From Octopus sinensis (taxonomy: Eukaryota), in the NCBI RefSeq assembly GCF_006345805.1, contig NW_021832829.1, positions 62,001-126,000 on the forward strand: a DNA stretch of 64,000 bases, written 5' to 3'. Of this stretch, positions 11,953 to 23,478 are shown one piece after another. Made by a program: the position numbers and the translations under genes. Numbering within the stretch: the stretch's first letter is position 1; each line of letters begins with the position of its first letter. A model generated the notes under the pieces. It was not told the origin of the DNA. It made no database searches and worked only from the letters and a program-made list of their open reading frames with translations.

Positions 11953-13607
11953 CTATGAGACACACTCCTTCAAATATTCAGGTGTCCGAACGGATCTGAC
12001 TGTATCCCCACATATCCTCACTCCCTCATACCCCTCTGGAGAATCAGGCAACTCAAACATTGGCTCGAGCAGTATCTTCTCCTGCCAATATGTGAGAAAA
12101 GACACACCACAATCGCTCTCAGTCCACGGGCACCAGTCCCCTTCCGCAAAGCCTGAGCTGCAATCTCCGCGAGTGCCTCCTCCGTGAACTCGAGAGTCAT
12201 CTGCAGTTATAAACACAAAAATTGACCTTATCCATCATGAATAATGCCTTAAACTGAGTAATAATAGCGTTGTGTGGCTGTGTAAGAATTCTAATGAGCA
12301 TGTCGTGCCCCAATCCGTGAAAGGGGACTAATATTGGGAATCTCCCCACAAACTCGGGGATCATTCCAAACTCAATCAAATCCCTTCCTTCCACCTACTA
12401 ATTAAAATGAACAATCAGCCTGATTCACAAGCCTGTCGCTCTCCTCTTGTCTACGGACAGCCTCATCAAGAGAGTCATCATTGGAGGGCATTCCCAACGT
12501 GTTTGACGAAGACTGGACAAAGCCAATAGACTGAGGGTTAGTCAGCAGCCCACCTTAGCACTCGTTCGTCGGGATATTATTTTATCAAGCGAATTGAAGG
12601 CCCCCGAGGCTATAAACAGAATTTCAGACGTATCCACCGAGATGAGTTCTCCCCTCACTTTGGGACTCATTTTCTCAGGGACTTTAACGACTGTCCCTTC
12701 CAACATTCTAAGCATGGCCTTCTGGACTCCCTCCCCACCCACATCACGGTGGTGGGCAACAGTAGACCGATTGGTGGCCACTTTGTCCACCTCGTCAAAA
12801 AACACGATTCCTTGTTGAGCTCTGGCCACATTATAATCCGCATCCTGAAGCAGACGGACAATCACGGAATCCACATCCGCCCCCACATAACCAGCCTCGG
12901 TGAGAGTAGTGCAGTCACATATCACAATCGGCACATTCAGACACCGAGCAATAGTATGAGCGAACAATGTCTTGCCTGCCTGTCACTCAGCACAGTCACC
13001 TGACCCCGTCGGTCCCAGTAGAATAATATTACTCTTCTCCACCACTGGCGGACTGTCGTTGTCCAAGTTGATTTGAAATGTCCCCTGCTTGTGGTCGTCG
13101 TCCACAAACACTTTGCTATTTTCTGCGGACTGTTCTACCCGAGCCTGGTTATAAAGTCGTTTGTAATGATTGTAGATTGCCACAGAAAGCACTTTCTTGG
13201 CTGTGTCTTGTCCCACGATATATCTTTCGAGGTACTTGTATATTTTACGAGGGGCGATGGGCTTGTATTTGGGGTCATTGTTTTGCACTACGTTTAGGTT
13301 AGCCAGTCCAGAATCAGTATTTATATAAAACAAATGATTGCATTTCCCACATCGTATAAAACGAGTCAAAACTGCCATTAAATCTTAAAAAAGTACCCCC
13401 AATGTTTTCCAGGCGTGACTCAGGGTGGAGACAGCGGGGACACAGTGATCCATTCTTTTCTCGACCAACACGTCTTGTCTTGGGTCGACGACCTCCTTCT
13501 CCACTGAGCAGTCTGGCAGGGATTCCCACTAATGGTACTCCAAGGCGACTGGTCCTTCCCCATAATTTGACCGTATCACGTTTTACAAGCATTCGTAGAA
13601 AGGACAT
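11953..13607 (-). CDS. CLPX: Mitochondrial ClpX AAA+ chaperone/unfoldase
   Basis: Basic N-terminal transit-like peptide; CPRC/CGKC zinc finger; [21 protein letters not shown]; Walker A GPTGSG(K); [12 protein letters not shown]; Walker B FFDEVDK; RDVGGEGVQ; [11 protein letters not shown]; TGARGLRAI. Confidence 0.93.
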
Positions 13608-13762
13608 TATAGGATAACCACACGCCTTTTTATTTATTTTTTTACTTAATAACAATTTGGTCGAATATTATTATGTAATTAATATAACCGGCTTAATTCG
13701 ACCTGATTAATTATTTATCCTCTTTACTATCACTCTTAGTGTACCACTTATTGACTTTTAAA

Positions 13763-16700
13763 TTAATTTATACAATCAGTTTTGAGGGATCCCCAGTCTT
13801 TGCCAACCGAAATCTTGACTGTGAGTGGAACAGCCAAATTGGCAATCCCTTCCATCACTTTTCGAATAATTTCCGAGACTCGAACCACTTGGTCACGTGG
13901 AACTTGAAGAACAATCTCATCGTGGACGACAAGAACAACCAACTGACGTGCTACACAAATATTAAAAATATTCCAACAATATTTTTCATAGAAAATCCCA
14001 GTCAATTCTTTTAGACACATTTTGATCAGTTCCGCTGCGGTTCCTTGCACTGTAAAGTTAACAGCCTGCCGTTCTGCCTGAAAAGGTTAATTAAAAATGA
14101 GACCTTCGTTCTTGACTGGCTATCCTGTGCCAATATTTCAGGAAATCGCCTGAATGAACCAAAAAGTGTTTTAACCAGACCATTCTCACTCCGACAAGTC
14201 TCCACTGTGCTTCTTATATAGTTCGAAAGTCCAACAAAATCCCCAAGAAATGAATCAATCATTTCTCTGGCATAATCGACAGTTTGGCCAATCAAGTTTG
14301 AGAGCGAGGAGGCCCCCATTCCGTATATTATTCCATAACACAACTGCCATCATGTCACTCAATACCATCTTTGTCTGATTACGGAGATCACTCCCCACAT
14401 CCGCTTGGTCTATGTCAGTCCACTGAGCTGCCATTCGACGGAAAACATCCCCACCAGCATTCAGGACTGAACAAAGTCTCTGATCCCCCGACAAATGTGC
14501 AATTATTCTCAACTCCAATTGGGAATAGTCAGCAGAAAGAAGAACACAGTCTGATAATGACAGTCAAAATACCCTTCTCTGCAATAAAACAACTTCTGGG
14601 AGAAATACTGAGAATACACAAGTCCTTTGGGACACATTGAATGTTAGGACAAGTCGTATAGAAACGACCACTGGGACTGTATGTGTCGTAGAATGTTCTC
14701 ACTTTATTATTGACCACACTTCTCTCAACTGCTTTCATCTACCAATGACCGAATGGGACACCAATTGGACGACAAAGGACAGACGTCGCCAATCCATTAT
14801 CAGTCCCACCACTGGGTGCAGTCCTCGCAGTGGTTCCAAAGTCAGTTTATCCGTGCTCAGAAAGGGAAGTGTCTGGTTGTACCATTCTCCTGAGGAAGCA
14901 CTGCTACTTGGGGGAAGTCTCAACTCGACGTAGAGCAACTGCCACTGATTTACATTCACAACTTTAGAAACATCCACTGGAGACCCCAAATCCACTTTCC
15001 GCCCAACCATCGAACAAATCTGGGACGAGATACTCTCCATCAACTCAGTCGATTTGCTAAGTACAATTTCTAGTCTATCGGGGGATATTTCTACAGTAAA
15101 AAAGAGAATCAACCCATTCCCACTGCCTCGACGGAGGGGAGCACAATACATGCAAATATGTGTTCGCGTTTAATCAGGTCGTAGTGCTGCACAAAACGAG
15201 GAGAACTCAGCATTACTTGGCCAAGTCTCAACTCGACCCGACTCCTCCAAATGACGTCTCTTGCATTCCCTTTGTCAATACAGTCCTTCAAGTCCACTGA
15301 GGACAGTAGAGGGCAGTCCTCCTGTAGTAAGTAGACTTTAGCCAACTCGGAGAGAGAAGGCAGTTTTTCGGCCCCTCCGCTGATTATGAGATGACAAATC
15401 AGAGGGTCTATGACAAAAAGGGTATCCTTCCACAGCCATTGAGAGGTGGTGACTGGGAGAATACATCTCCGCATATCAAACATACACAAACATCCCTGGT
15501 CATTACCAAAATAATGTCTAATAACATCAGTGACCACCTCCTTTCCACAATCAGACCAATCTGGCATGTTGATGACTATAAACAAACCAGGGTGATGAAG
15601 GACTACTGTGTTGTCCATACACACCACAATTCCAATGCAGTCAGTCTCTTCTATAATTGGACGAATTGAGAGCATTGGACATGACTCGAGTCTCCTGACA
15701 AATTTGGAATATGCATGACTGTCCAGTTCGATGTACTCCACTGAATCAGTGATCGAAAGTTCGGAAAAACTCCGCGAAAACTCAATTTCAATTGAATTCC
15801 GTCGGTCTTGGACAGAATCGTCGAAAAGTGAGGGAGAACAAAGAGAGGCTGCCTCCTCCAACACCTCAAAGCCCAGCAAATCTTCCTTAAGAATATCCTT
15901 GGCATTCCTCACCATCAATTCAGCCTTTGTTCGTACATGATCAGTCACTGCATCGACACTGCTGATTGTAACAAGAATAGTCAACGTGTGAACAATATTC
16001 GACAGGGTCCTGACTATCTTGAGAGGATCGGACATGGCCACCTGAGCCACGGTCGCATATCCTGCCCTGAACAATCCCCTCGCTTCGTTCACGCGGAGAT
16101 CAGGCAGTCGCATTAACCCAGCCAATTCCCTTTCCACTCCAAAATGAAGACAAACACGCAATTGGTGCAGTAAAAGTGCCATGTTCGCCCTCCCCAGACA
16201 CTCACACAATGTCGTAACCATCACTGACTAAGTCACCCACACTACCAGAATAGACTGCACAAGATCTTTGGAGTGACTGCAGAGATCCGCGGCTGATGTC
16301 ATATTTTCTGGCCACCACGGAAAGTGAGTGTTCCATCACCAAATCAAGAAGGGCGAGGGAACAGTAAAATCTGATTATTGACCATGCCCAATGTGCCTTT
16401 TGCAATTATGACGGCTGGAGGAACGCCCTGTCACTCCCCGCAAGACAATCTGTTCGGTTATTTCCACACATTTAGCCACAGAATGGGCAGACTGTGGCAA
16501 TGTAGCCCAAACGTCATAAAAACGAGACCACGAAAACGTGACATCATCAGTCACTTTGTGTGGGGTCACCAGATATATCAAATGCAGGTCATTCTCGAGA
16601 TTGAGTCCCTTCTCAGCCCTTTCAATGTCCCGGAGGATATTCACTGCGTCAAATGGATCCAGTCCTGCCTGGAATGCCGCATACCCAAGTTGAGTCGTCG

Positions 16701-18379
16701 TTAGTTTGTCCTTCTCTGAAATATCTCATTATAAAACCATTATCCGAGCACTGGACAAAGTTACTGGCCTCTAGTTCCTCCAGTACAGAACCGACGTTGT
16801 CCTCAAGCTGATTTGTGAGGACCGAAGAATGGTAGAGAAATGTGGACTGAATATATAGATTGGGAGGACACTGAGAAATAGCCACCATCTTGACTGAATG
16901 AGCACATCTAACCTCAAACAGAGCTCTTCTAAAATTGTTTCCTTGAAGAGCACTCCTAAGGGGACTAAATTGTGCTTGAATAAGCTGAAATGAGTCGTCC
17001 AATTCAAGAACTGAGCTCAGTAAATATGATTCCCCCTCCTTCCGACATGTCCGCCCTCCACGCCCCGACATTTGGTGGTATATTTCGGGAGTCAATCCAC
17101 GAATGGAATTATGGGCAATTATGACTCGACTGAAAGGCAGATTGACTCCACTAGACAATGTCGTCGTAGCCACCACTACTCGCACCTTCCCTGATCTTAT
17201 CCACGTTTCAATCGACTTTCTTTCATCCACAGCCAGTCCTACCAAGTCTGATTAAACCATCCACCTGCGTGGTGGAACACGACTGAATGTCGGAGGGTCT
17301 TTTTTAGGTTCTCGTCCACTACTCCCAAAGCATTCCTCAACTCTTCGACAAGTCCCCGGCACAGTCCTCGTCCAACTGCTGACCGAAGACAGGAAACTTC
17401 AGATTCAGAAATATGGCAATATTCTGTCATTAAAGCACCGAGTTGGACGGCAATTTTTACGGCCAGGGCCTCACAGCTGGCCTTGCTTGAACAGAATATA
17501 AGAACGGAATGATCCCCCAGTAGACTATCCACCACCAATTCAACCACATTCCCAGCAGAAGGAAAAAGACGGGGCTTTAACTGGCTGAATTGTCAAAAAA
17601 TAGACTAACCGAACAAGCCCGTGAGAAGTATTGTACACTGCATTCCCACATAACACAAATTGTGAGAGAAAAGACGGTCTAAAGTCAGTAGAAAAATACT
17701 CCGCCTTCAACCAACTGGCCAAAACGTGTCCATCCCCCATTGTGGCACTCATTGCTACAATTCGGAGGACAGTGTTGTGCCTTGTTTGTGCCAGTAGTAA
17801 TTTAGTGAGGAGTACTTCGATCAGATATCCCCGAGAATGGTCAGACATAAAGTGAACTTCGTCGACAAGGACAAAACCTGGAATGGTCAGAGTAATTAAC
17901 ATATTTTGTCCAAGTCCTGCTGTTGTTCAAGACGGTTGACAATGTTATTGGCCTTCTCGATTGTACACACAGCAATGTCCACTCCCTCAATCCCCCCAAT
18001 CGGAGAAATATTCCCAAAAAACCTCCGACTCTGAATCTTGAATTCTTGCAAATGTTCTGGCTGTTTAGAACATGTGGAACCTCAATGTGATTGACCTGTT
18101 CTTCAGCAATGGAGACATAGGGCAGAACTACAAGGACTTTTAGGCCCTTCTGCTTTAATTGTCTGAATGTGAGTATTTCTGAGACAAGTGTCTTCCCAGA
18201 ACTCGTAGGGGCAGAGATGACCAGGTTTAGTTTGCCTGAATGGTTGTACAAGTTCAGTACTCACTGGATGTCGCCATTTTTGAGAGGCACTCGGCCTGCC
18301 AGTCGTATATTTCAGAGATTCCATTCTTTATGTAGTTTTCTGCAATTTCAGGTGGCAGGCCGACTTGAGTGATTTTCAT
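13763..18379 (-). CDS. POLQ: DNA polymerase theta (SF2 helicase plus family A polymerase), compact
   Basis: Helicase motifs APTSSGKT, DEVH, MSAT, FHHAG, ATTTLSSGVNLP, QMSGRGGR. Pol A motifs DYSQLELRIIAHLS, CYGIIYGMG, QGTAAELIK, VVHDEIVLQV. Start codon position is approximate. Confidence 0.92.
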
Positions 18380-18580
18380 TGAAGGGTCACCACACTTTAA
18401 ACTACTTTTGGGCGCACATTTTATTTATTTAAATTTTAATTTTTAAATATTTTAAATTATTAATTTTCATGTGTATGTTGACTTTGTTTTTTGTCCGACA
18501 ACTCCGAACTGAATATCCCCAAATCCGTCAATATTGTTCAACTCCTCCAAGTCGCGGTCAAATCTCCGTAAAAACAAATT

Positions 18581-19755
18581 ATGGAACAGTTTCCGTCGAC
18601 AAGACAAGGCGAAAATGTTCATTTCCTCTTTATTCTGTTAGCCTTTGATAGACTTATCCCTCACTCCAAAGAAATGTCCCTGGCAGCCCAAAAATGCGAT
18701 TTTTACAAAGTCAATGAAACCACTAAGAGACAGCGAGGTTGTTCTTTCCAATATTTTAGTGAGCAATAATTCTGTTTATGAAGCCAAGCAGCAGTCGAGT
18801 TGTTTTTTGTTTCCTTCAAGCAGGTGGAAAAAACGGGAAGAAATAATAAATATTTGTCGTCAGAATATAATTCACAACGACGGTGATTTCCTGGTGGTCA
18901 ACAAGCCCTACGGAATGCCAGTCACTCGAGGTTGGGCTATTCTGGTCTATTTTAGACCAATATCATCCTCATGACCTTCGATCGACGTTGCTTTGCATTG
19001 GGAATGAACTACATATTTCCGAACCCTCTTCTTTCCACCCAATCGGTCGGCCAGATATTCGGACTACTGGCGTTGTTATTTTCTGCAAGTCGTGTTGTGT
19101 TCATATTGTAGAACTGAGGCAGCCAATACGTTATGTCGGGCACACTACACTCAAGGGAGAGTGGACAAGTCGTACAAAGCAGTGGTTGTCGGTCACCCTA
19201 ATCCAGCACAGGGTAGTGTTTATTTGAGATTAGTAGGTGATATTAATGTGCCCGTTGGACATTTCAAATGTGCTGACAATCGATTCAAGGTAACTCACTT
19301 TGTATGTATGTCTGGCTTCGATTCCCAGCAGTGCCTTTTTAAGAAATGTTTCTTTTAAAAAACAGTTGCACTACAAAAAAGAAGCTCGGACATTTTATAA
19401 AGTGGAGAAGCACAGTCTTGACTCGAAATGCTCGCTTGTTGATTGTACGACCACGTTTGGGAGGAAGCATCAACTGCGTGTACATTTGTCATTCTTTTTG
19501 GGCACACCTGTGTTGGGCGACCACCGTTATTCCTCCATCATGGGACGTGTGCCTCAAGTCGAGCTATTTTCTCACCTTAGAAACTGACGGAGCCACTACA
19601 CAGTGTTTGGGATTACTTGCTCACTCGCTCGTCACTTGCCGATGCTTCTACACTGCCAGTCGGTCACCCTCCCTTCAGAGGACGGACTGAGGACTTATTC
19701 TGCTCATATTCCCGACTATTTCACTGAAATATGCAACTCTCTGGGGTTGAAATAG
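18581..19755 (+). CDS. RluA-family pseudouridine synthase, RPUSD4-like
   Basis: LVVNKPYGMPV, GRPDIRTTG (Asp motif), KSYKAVV, GRKHQLRVHLSFFLGTPVLGDHRYS. Includes a 20-nt intron at 19092-19111. Start uncertain. Confidence 0.8.
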
Positions 19756-19787
19756 AGTTGTGGAATGTTAATGGTGTTATTAGTGTT

Positions 19788-20628
19788 TTAGTTGTCAATC
19801 TGCAATGTAGACTGTTTTATAACGAGAAAACAGCTCAATGTCTTTCTGCAGTGATTCCATTTCATTTCTTCCAGCCTTTCTTTCCTTAGTCGTTTAGGAA
19901 TTGTGTCAATAATCACGGACAGTCCCAAATACTGTCGATAAACCTCCTCCCAATTTGCCGTCAGTCCTTTCAATATCGATTTCTGTTCATGACTGGAAAG
20001 TGTGTGTAGAGAATTGTCCTCGGCCTTATTTTGAGCCGACCTGATCCCACCTGCCTTTCGTTCTTCCTCCTCTTGTTTTCTGTTGTAGAGATACTTGGGC
20101 ACTTGTCCGTAGTCCTAAGTCGTCAGGTCTCACTTTCCACCTTTTTAAGGACATAGACTGGTTCCAGTCCTGAGGGTTGGAGCAAATTTGTATGTCCGTG
20201 TACAGTGTCAATGTACACTTTGGTTGTCCTTTTGGGCACAGATGCCTTTGCGTCTTCAATGTTGCTTTTTATAAAGTTTTTGTTGGCGTCTGAAAGGATG
20301 GTTGGTTGATCGCTCCTTGCGGGAAGTCGTGGTTTCCTTTTATCGGGATATTCAAATTTGTGTTCTATGGACGAGTAGGACAACAAGTTTACTGTCAGGA
20401 AATACAAAATCATTCGCGTGTTTCCGTAGGTATTGGGTTGTGGATGGCAGGCTTACTTCGGGGGGTCCCATAGTTTTGTAGGGATATCTGTTTCTCTTCA
20501 GTTCTTCTCTCGTCTGTTTGGCATATCCCGAGACATATCTACATTTCTATTAGTCACAACTTTATTTTTGGTGGTTGAGGTGCCACTTTTTTTGGTAATA
20601 AATCGTAAATGTATTCGTCCGACAGCAT
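19788..20628 (-). CDS. ENKUR: Enkurin (ciliary microtubule inner protein)
   Basis: Spliced translation EYIYDLLP..KTMGPPEV..YLRKH..KPRLP..KNFIKSN..SGLEPVYVLKK..VPKYLYNRKQE..LKGLTANWEEVYRQYLGLSVIIDTIPKRLRKERLE. Confidence 0.85.
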
Positions 20629-20746
20629 ATACGGTGCTTAGCAACTTATAATTTATTCACTAAATTATGTTTAGATAAAAATGACATCCAATCCCCTAAG
20701 AAGTAATCAGTTGTTTAGGAAATATTTATTAGTGTCTATTATTGTG

Positions 20747-22075
20747 TTAGAATTCTAATTTGATGTATTTGGGCAAACTAAGTCGTTTGAGAGTGAAACA
20801 GACAACGAGGGCGATTCCCAATCCGCTGTACAGAATTGTTGAAAAAGCCACTTTTGTTAGGTTTAATACTTTTCTGTTATTATTACTGATTGTGAATTGG
20901 TTTGCTGGGAAAATTATATAATTTGGGAATTTTTCAAATATCCCATGCCAACCAACATTCAGACTTTGATTTTTTACGCTCCATGTGAGACTAAGAAACC
21001 CTCTATTTTTGATAACAGTATCGTTTGTAGAGCAAGATGAGTCGGGTAGTGCTGCTATGTTTGGAAATTCACCTTCCGCAGGAGTAAATGTAAACTTAGC
21101 GCCCGAGACGTGGACCACCAAGTCAACAAGAGACAATTTGTGGACTAAATCTCATCTTTTTATAAAAATATGAACTTCCCGAGACCTCCATATTGAAGAC
21201 CACAATAACCCAGGACTCCCTCTCTTTTTTAATTTGTTTTATTCGCGTGTTGAGTTTTGTAAACATGTCATCTGTCTCACTCTCAGTTACTCTAAAACTC
21301 ACATCTTCAACAAGCACATTATAACATCCAATTGACCGAAGCTGTAGCAATCGATGGTGGAATTGTCTGGGATTCGGTTACTTGGGAGTGATATATACTG
21401 GAATGGCGAAGAGAGCATTGATATTCCATTTGGTCGAATATTACGTCCAAAGAATCAGAAATGTTCTAGATTGGTTGGAAAAAGGAAAACTCTGTCGAGA
21501 CCACATTGATATGTCTTTAAATGAGTGACAAAGGACACTGATGGGATTTTTCCAATAATGTCGTTAATCATATCAAAGGTTTTACCCAAGGAATTAAAGT
21601 TATAGATCATAAAGGTCGAATTCTGAAATAAATATACACAAAAAACCTCATCAATTTTAGACACCAATTCCAGTTTGAACTGAATAGTCTCATTGGCTGA
21701 GGTATAAATTTTAATCGTCCCATTTTGGTCTTCACTACATGGTACGAGATATTCATAATCACACAAATTGGTTTTACAATTATATTTAGTATTTTGAAGC
21801 TGATAAACGTGACCACTTAATATCTAATCAGTAACCAGATTACCCTATCGAAAGTTCACTTTTGATGACAGTCTGGTTACCATAAAAACCCATATTCCAA
21901 CTTTGTATTCTGCTCGATTTTTTGATATCAATAGATATGCATTTATTGAGTAACTACCTTTATTGTAAGTAAAATGGAATCCCCAGAGTTTTCCTGTTTG
22001 GCAGATTTTTCGGTTGTCAGTTGCGGTCAGTTCAAATAGGCAGTTTGCACTAACTAAAAGTATTATAAGCTTCAT
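20747..22075 (-). CDS. Uncharacterised single-pass membrane protein (multi-exon)
   Basis: Signal-like MKLIILLVSANCLFELTA, several co-oriented exon ORFs, and C-terminal TM VAFSTILYSGLGIALVVCFTL followed by KR and a short tail. No family recognised. Confidence 0.55.
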
Positions 22076-22211
22076 TTTTGATTTGTGGATGATTAAAATT
22101 CTATTTAGTTATAGGTTTGAATTAGTAAAACTTTGATCAGATTAATAATAAATTTATCACAAAAATAACGAAATAATAAATTTATTGTTTTATAGTTTAT
22201 GTGTCTTAAAT

Positions 22212-22389
22212 ATGGCCAAACTCTATCCGACGAGCGAAAAACGAAATGGCAGTACAGAACTCTAAAATGCCCCAAAAGACAAGAATTAAAGCTTAAAATA
22301 GAAGTAAAACGTGAATATTCTTCGGAAAGTGAGGAAGAGAAAGTCGAGAACATAGTCGGGACCTTAGAACTAAGTGGCAATCTCTTAAA
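22212..22389 (+). pseudogene. 5' fragment of SNIP1 truncated at the duplication breakpoint
   Basis: Near-identical to 28572-28745 (ESEEEKVENIVGTLELSGNLL), then stops and homology is lost. Confidence 0.8.
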
Positions 22390-22699
22390 TTAACTTAGAA
22401 TTAGATAAAAAATAGTTTTAAATAATACTTAAAGAGCGGATTCGAGAATCATTCTTACAAATTTAAAATTTTTGATTAAAACAAGCGGATTTGATAATTC
22501 TTACTTTTAACCAAAAGGGGAAAGGTTTCAATGAATATTGATTATAAAAGACAAAATCTAATCAACAAAATTAAAATTTCACATGGTTCAAGTGTATTTA
22601 TGTCACCGTCAACTGAATGGACCACGCCGTTGAGTGGAGCGACAACTTTTTTTATTATTATTTAAAGACCAATACGGGCAAGCCAGTTAATTTATAGTT

Positions 22700-23077
22700 A
22701 ATCCCGTGATCGCCGATCCAAACGAGGAGATCCTTCTGAAAGGTTCAATCCTTCCCGCAAGATCGGCCTGAGACGACGATGTCCCAGGGTCTGAGAAGCT
22801 AAGAGTCCTTTTTCGGAAGGCATTAAGTGCCTCCTGAGCGTTGCCATATCCGAAGGAATTCCAACTGACATGGTGGACCCCGTAACGCCACGGTAAGCCC
22901 GAAGGTAAGAGATCCCCATTTCCAACTGTGGTCGTGCCAGAAGTACTCGTTGCCTCACGGGCAGGGAACGATAACGAGAATTTGCCCAGGATGAAAACTG
23001 TCCTCCTTCGGAATCGAACTCACACGACCATCCAAATCCATTATCCATAGCTTAGTCTTCAGCCAAGGGGCTTTTTT
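22700..23077. other. Unexplained GC-rich island, possibly a structured RNA or foreign insert
   Basis: About 50% GC by eye in very AT-rich flanks; multiple short hairpins; ends GGGGCTTTTTT on the plus strand. Confidence 0.35.
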
Positions 23078-23430
23078 GTAAAATGAATTTTTATAGAAAT
23101 TATATTAAAATAAAAATGTAATTTTTATAAAATAGGTGACAATTAAATTATTTTAAGTTAATAGATAACTCGGCAAAGAATGGGAAAGACATTTATGATG
23201 ATTAAATGTTTAAGTTACTGTATTTCACATGCTGTGAATCACAAATCTAATAAAGTAGGATTAATCATTTGGATGTAATTGGAATGAGTTATTGTTTGAT
23301 TATAATTTGACAAACATTATTCACCGCAGCTGCATCTTTAGAAAAAGAACAAGTAATAAAGGCAAAAAATGCCATTAAAAATTGAAATCCATTAAAATTT
23401 AGTATATAATATCGATTAATTATTTTATTA

Positions 23431-23475
23431 TGTCACATGCCCTGTTCGTTACCATGCCCCGCTCGTTACCATTGC
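23431..23475. mobile_element. Stub of a Ginger-like terminal inverted repeat
   Basis: TATTA followed by TGTCACATGCCCTGTTCGTTACC, with an internal repeat; similar TGT-ACA-type terminus and same flank as elements 1 and 2. Confidence 0.5.
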
Positions 23476-23478
23476 TCT

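Noticed and set aside
11953-13607. CLPX or POLQ Pol A domain as bacterial contamination or HGT
   Set aside because: Both have host-type introns; CLPX has a transit-like peptide and mitochondrial-type zinc finger; POLQ is a helicase-polymerase fusion.
12594-17855. Numerous plus-strand ORFs over CLPX and POLQ
   Set aside because: They are antisense shadows with no recognisable motifs.
22700-23077. Short matches to RNase P/MRP (GGTCTGAG, GTGGACCCCG, GGGGCT), U3 (AAGACTA) and 5.8S (GACTCTTAGC)
   Set aside because: The matches are 10 nt or less, out of order or lacking partner helices, so no specific RNA call is supportable.
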